Below, in pieces: positions 62,815 to 64,000 of a DNA stretch of 64,000 nt. Position 1 is the first letter of the stretch; each line of letters begins with the position of its first letter. Below the pieces are notes generated by a model that worked only from the letters and a program-made list of their open reading frames with translations, did no database searches and was not told the origin of the DNA. The stretch comes from Acidobacteriota bacterium. GTDB lineage: Bacteria; Acidobacteriota; Terriglobia; Terriglobales; Acidobacteriaceae. The stretch spans positions 5,520-69,519 of the forward strand of contig JAJYFA010000001.1 of the NCBI GenBank assembly GCA_021790995.1. Reading direction: 5' to 3'. The position numbers were made by a program, and so were the translations under genes.

Positions 62815-64000
62815 CTACTTCACGAACTTCCGCGCCCTCTCGTTCGCTCTCTTTGCCAAATGTTTCTTGCCGGACTCTTGTTTGGTCGCAATTGGCGCCA
62901 TGTCGGGCCCGATGCGTTCGACGCGCGTGTCGACCATCTGATAGCTGATGGTGCGTGGAGTCACGGGCCGGGTAATGCTGGTTGCGGGATCGGTGGCAAC
63001 GCTGGTGCCGTTGGCAATTTCGAAACTGAAGGCGGGAACCATGCCGCGCGCTGTCTCTTGCGTAAAGACGCGCACGGGCAGGTAGCCCTGAATGGGACGC
63101 AGGCGAAATGCAGTCTCGTAGCGGTGGTGCTTCAGGCTCCAGGTGAAGACGCGCACCTGGTCGAAGTCATAGGGCAAGCCGTTGGTGGGCGTCGACAGCG
63201 CCATCAAGTACTCGGGGATCTCGTGATTTGCGAGGTCGGGGTCAGGGTCGTTTACTTTCTTCAACACCCACGCGCCCACGATGCGCTGGCCCTCGGCATA
63301 TTGCGCCACGTCGTCGGGCACGTCCACATCCAGACGGCTCGCGAGCAGCCAGCCCACATGACCCTGTGCGTCGCGCGCCAGCCACCAGTCGTCCATCTCG
63401 GGCGGTGCGGTCTCTTCCGCGGCCGCCGGAGTCCTGGCTGCGTCCGCTTCCCCCTGTGCGTTCGACGGTGCGCTCCCGCCTGCTTTGGCTGGTCTCGCAG
63501 GTATCGATGGCGTCAGCGGCCTCTGGGTTTCTGCGGGCTTTCTGAACGCTGTCGCCCGCGCGAGGAGTTCTACTTTGCTATTGCCGGGGATCAGATAGAA
63601 TCGCGGCGTTTTGCGGCCGGGGCTCAGGTGCATGGCAAGGTCGTCGATCAGGATTCCCTTGGCCGCCACCGGCGTGTTCCTGGTTTCCGCGGCCAGCTTC
63701 ACGAACCCCTGGTAGGTTTGCTCGTCGATTGTGGCCAGCTCTTCGATCCAGCCGATCTGCTGCTTGTCTGTCTCGACTTTGAGGAAGCGCCGCCGGCGCT
63801 CCAGAACCTGGAGCGGCTGCCCGTTGATGACCTGGCAAACGCGCGTTGAGACCGGCGCCACACGGTCATGAAGATAGATGGGCCGCACCGTCGACACGTA
63901 GACCATCTCGCGTGGCTTTTGGTGAAAGCGGTTGCAGCCGGAGGCCCAAAAAGCCAGACACAATGCCACCAGAAGGGCGGCAAAAACGGTTCCGAAGCGC
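62815..64000 (-). CDS. Lipoprotein with bacterial SH3-like domains (5' end probably beyond the window)
   Basis: The frame stays open upstream of the GTG at 63969 to the window edge (..[22 protein letters not shown], a lipobox). SH3-like blocks are [35 protein letters not shown] and [14 protein letters not shown]. Confidence 0.65.
   Translation of the reverse strand, partial: RFGTVFAALLVALCLAFWASGCNRFHQKPREMVYVSTVRPIYLHDRVAPVSTRVCQVINGQPLQVLERRRRFLKVETDKQQIGWIEELATIDEQTYQGFVKLAAETRNTPVAAKGILIDDLAMHLSPGRKTPRFYLIPGNSKVELLARATAFRKPAETQRPLTPSIPARPAKAGGSAPSNAQGEADAARTPAAAEETAPPEMDDWWLARDAQGHVGWLLASRLDVDVPDDVAQYAEGQRIVGAWVLKKVNDPDPDLANHEIPEYLMALSTPTNGLPYDFDQVRVFTWSLKHHRYETAFRLRPIQGYLPVRVFTQETARGMVPAFSFEIANGTSVATDPATSITRPVTPRTISYQMVDTRVERIGPDMAPIATKQESGKKHLAKRANERARKFVK

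Noticed and set aside
1-64000. A search for CRISPR arrays, rRNA, tRNA, integrons, and prophage or defence-system genes.
   Set aside because: I saw no regularly spaced direct repeats, no tRNA-like cloverleaf candidates in the intergenic spacers, and no nuclease, methylase, ATPase or toxin-type ORFs. The window is dominated by envelope, redox and glycan-utilisation genes.

Overview
This is a high-GC chromosomal segment. Its gene content suggests Acidobacteriota, though that is inference only: CarboxypepD_reg-type TonB-dependent receptors, CRTAC1/ASPIC-UnbV FG-GAP proteins, Reg_prop/Y_Y_Y sensor kinases, and TPR, ricin and Ig-like glycosidases. I saw no rRNA, tRNA or CRISPR array. The window falls into five blocks. 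(1) 0.2-14.9 kb is a tightly packed, largely stop/start-overlapping minus-strand gene train. In transcription order it encodes a TPR-CRTAC1 giant, an amidase, DAHP synthase, an HzsA-related haem protein, CRTAC1, a beta-propeller fused to a dihaem cytochrome c peroxidase, a kinase-less Reg_prop propeller, RidA, and a solute-binding protein. (2) 15.0-18.5 kb is an orphan three-gene amino-sugar module (CapD/PglF-like, NeuC-like, DegT-like). (3) 18.5-29.1 kb is bracketed by inverted ~60-bp repeats, one attached to a transposase N-terminal remnant. It holds a propeller sensor kinase and NarL-type regulator flanked by paralogous small secreted proteins, a third CRTAC1, a small OM barrel, a pentahaem-TPR protein and a cytochrome c. 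(4) 29.3-59.5 kb is a SusD-less glycan-utilisation locus aimed at pectic galactan/arabinan. It holds GH53-ricin, GH2, a GH-A enzyme, two GH43, GH28, two TonB-dependent receptors each paired with a paralogous secreted TPR protein, a second propeller kinase/regulator pair, and an IS630 remnant. A 20-bp palindrome recurs three times in its divergent promoters. (5) 60-64 kb is housekeeping: fused aroD-aroE, a Zn-ADH and an SH3 lipoprotein. The best candidate for an undescribed system is the hydrazine-synthase-like parts list in block 1.
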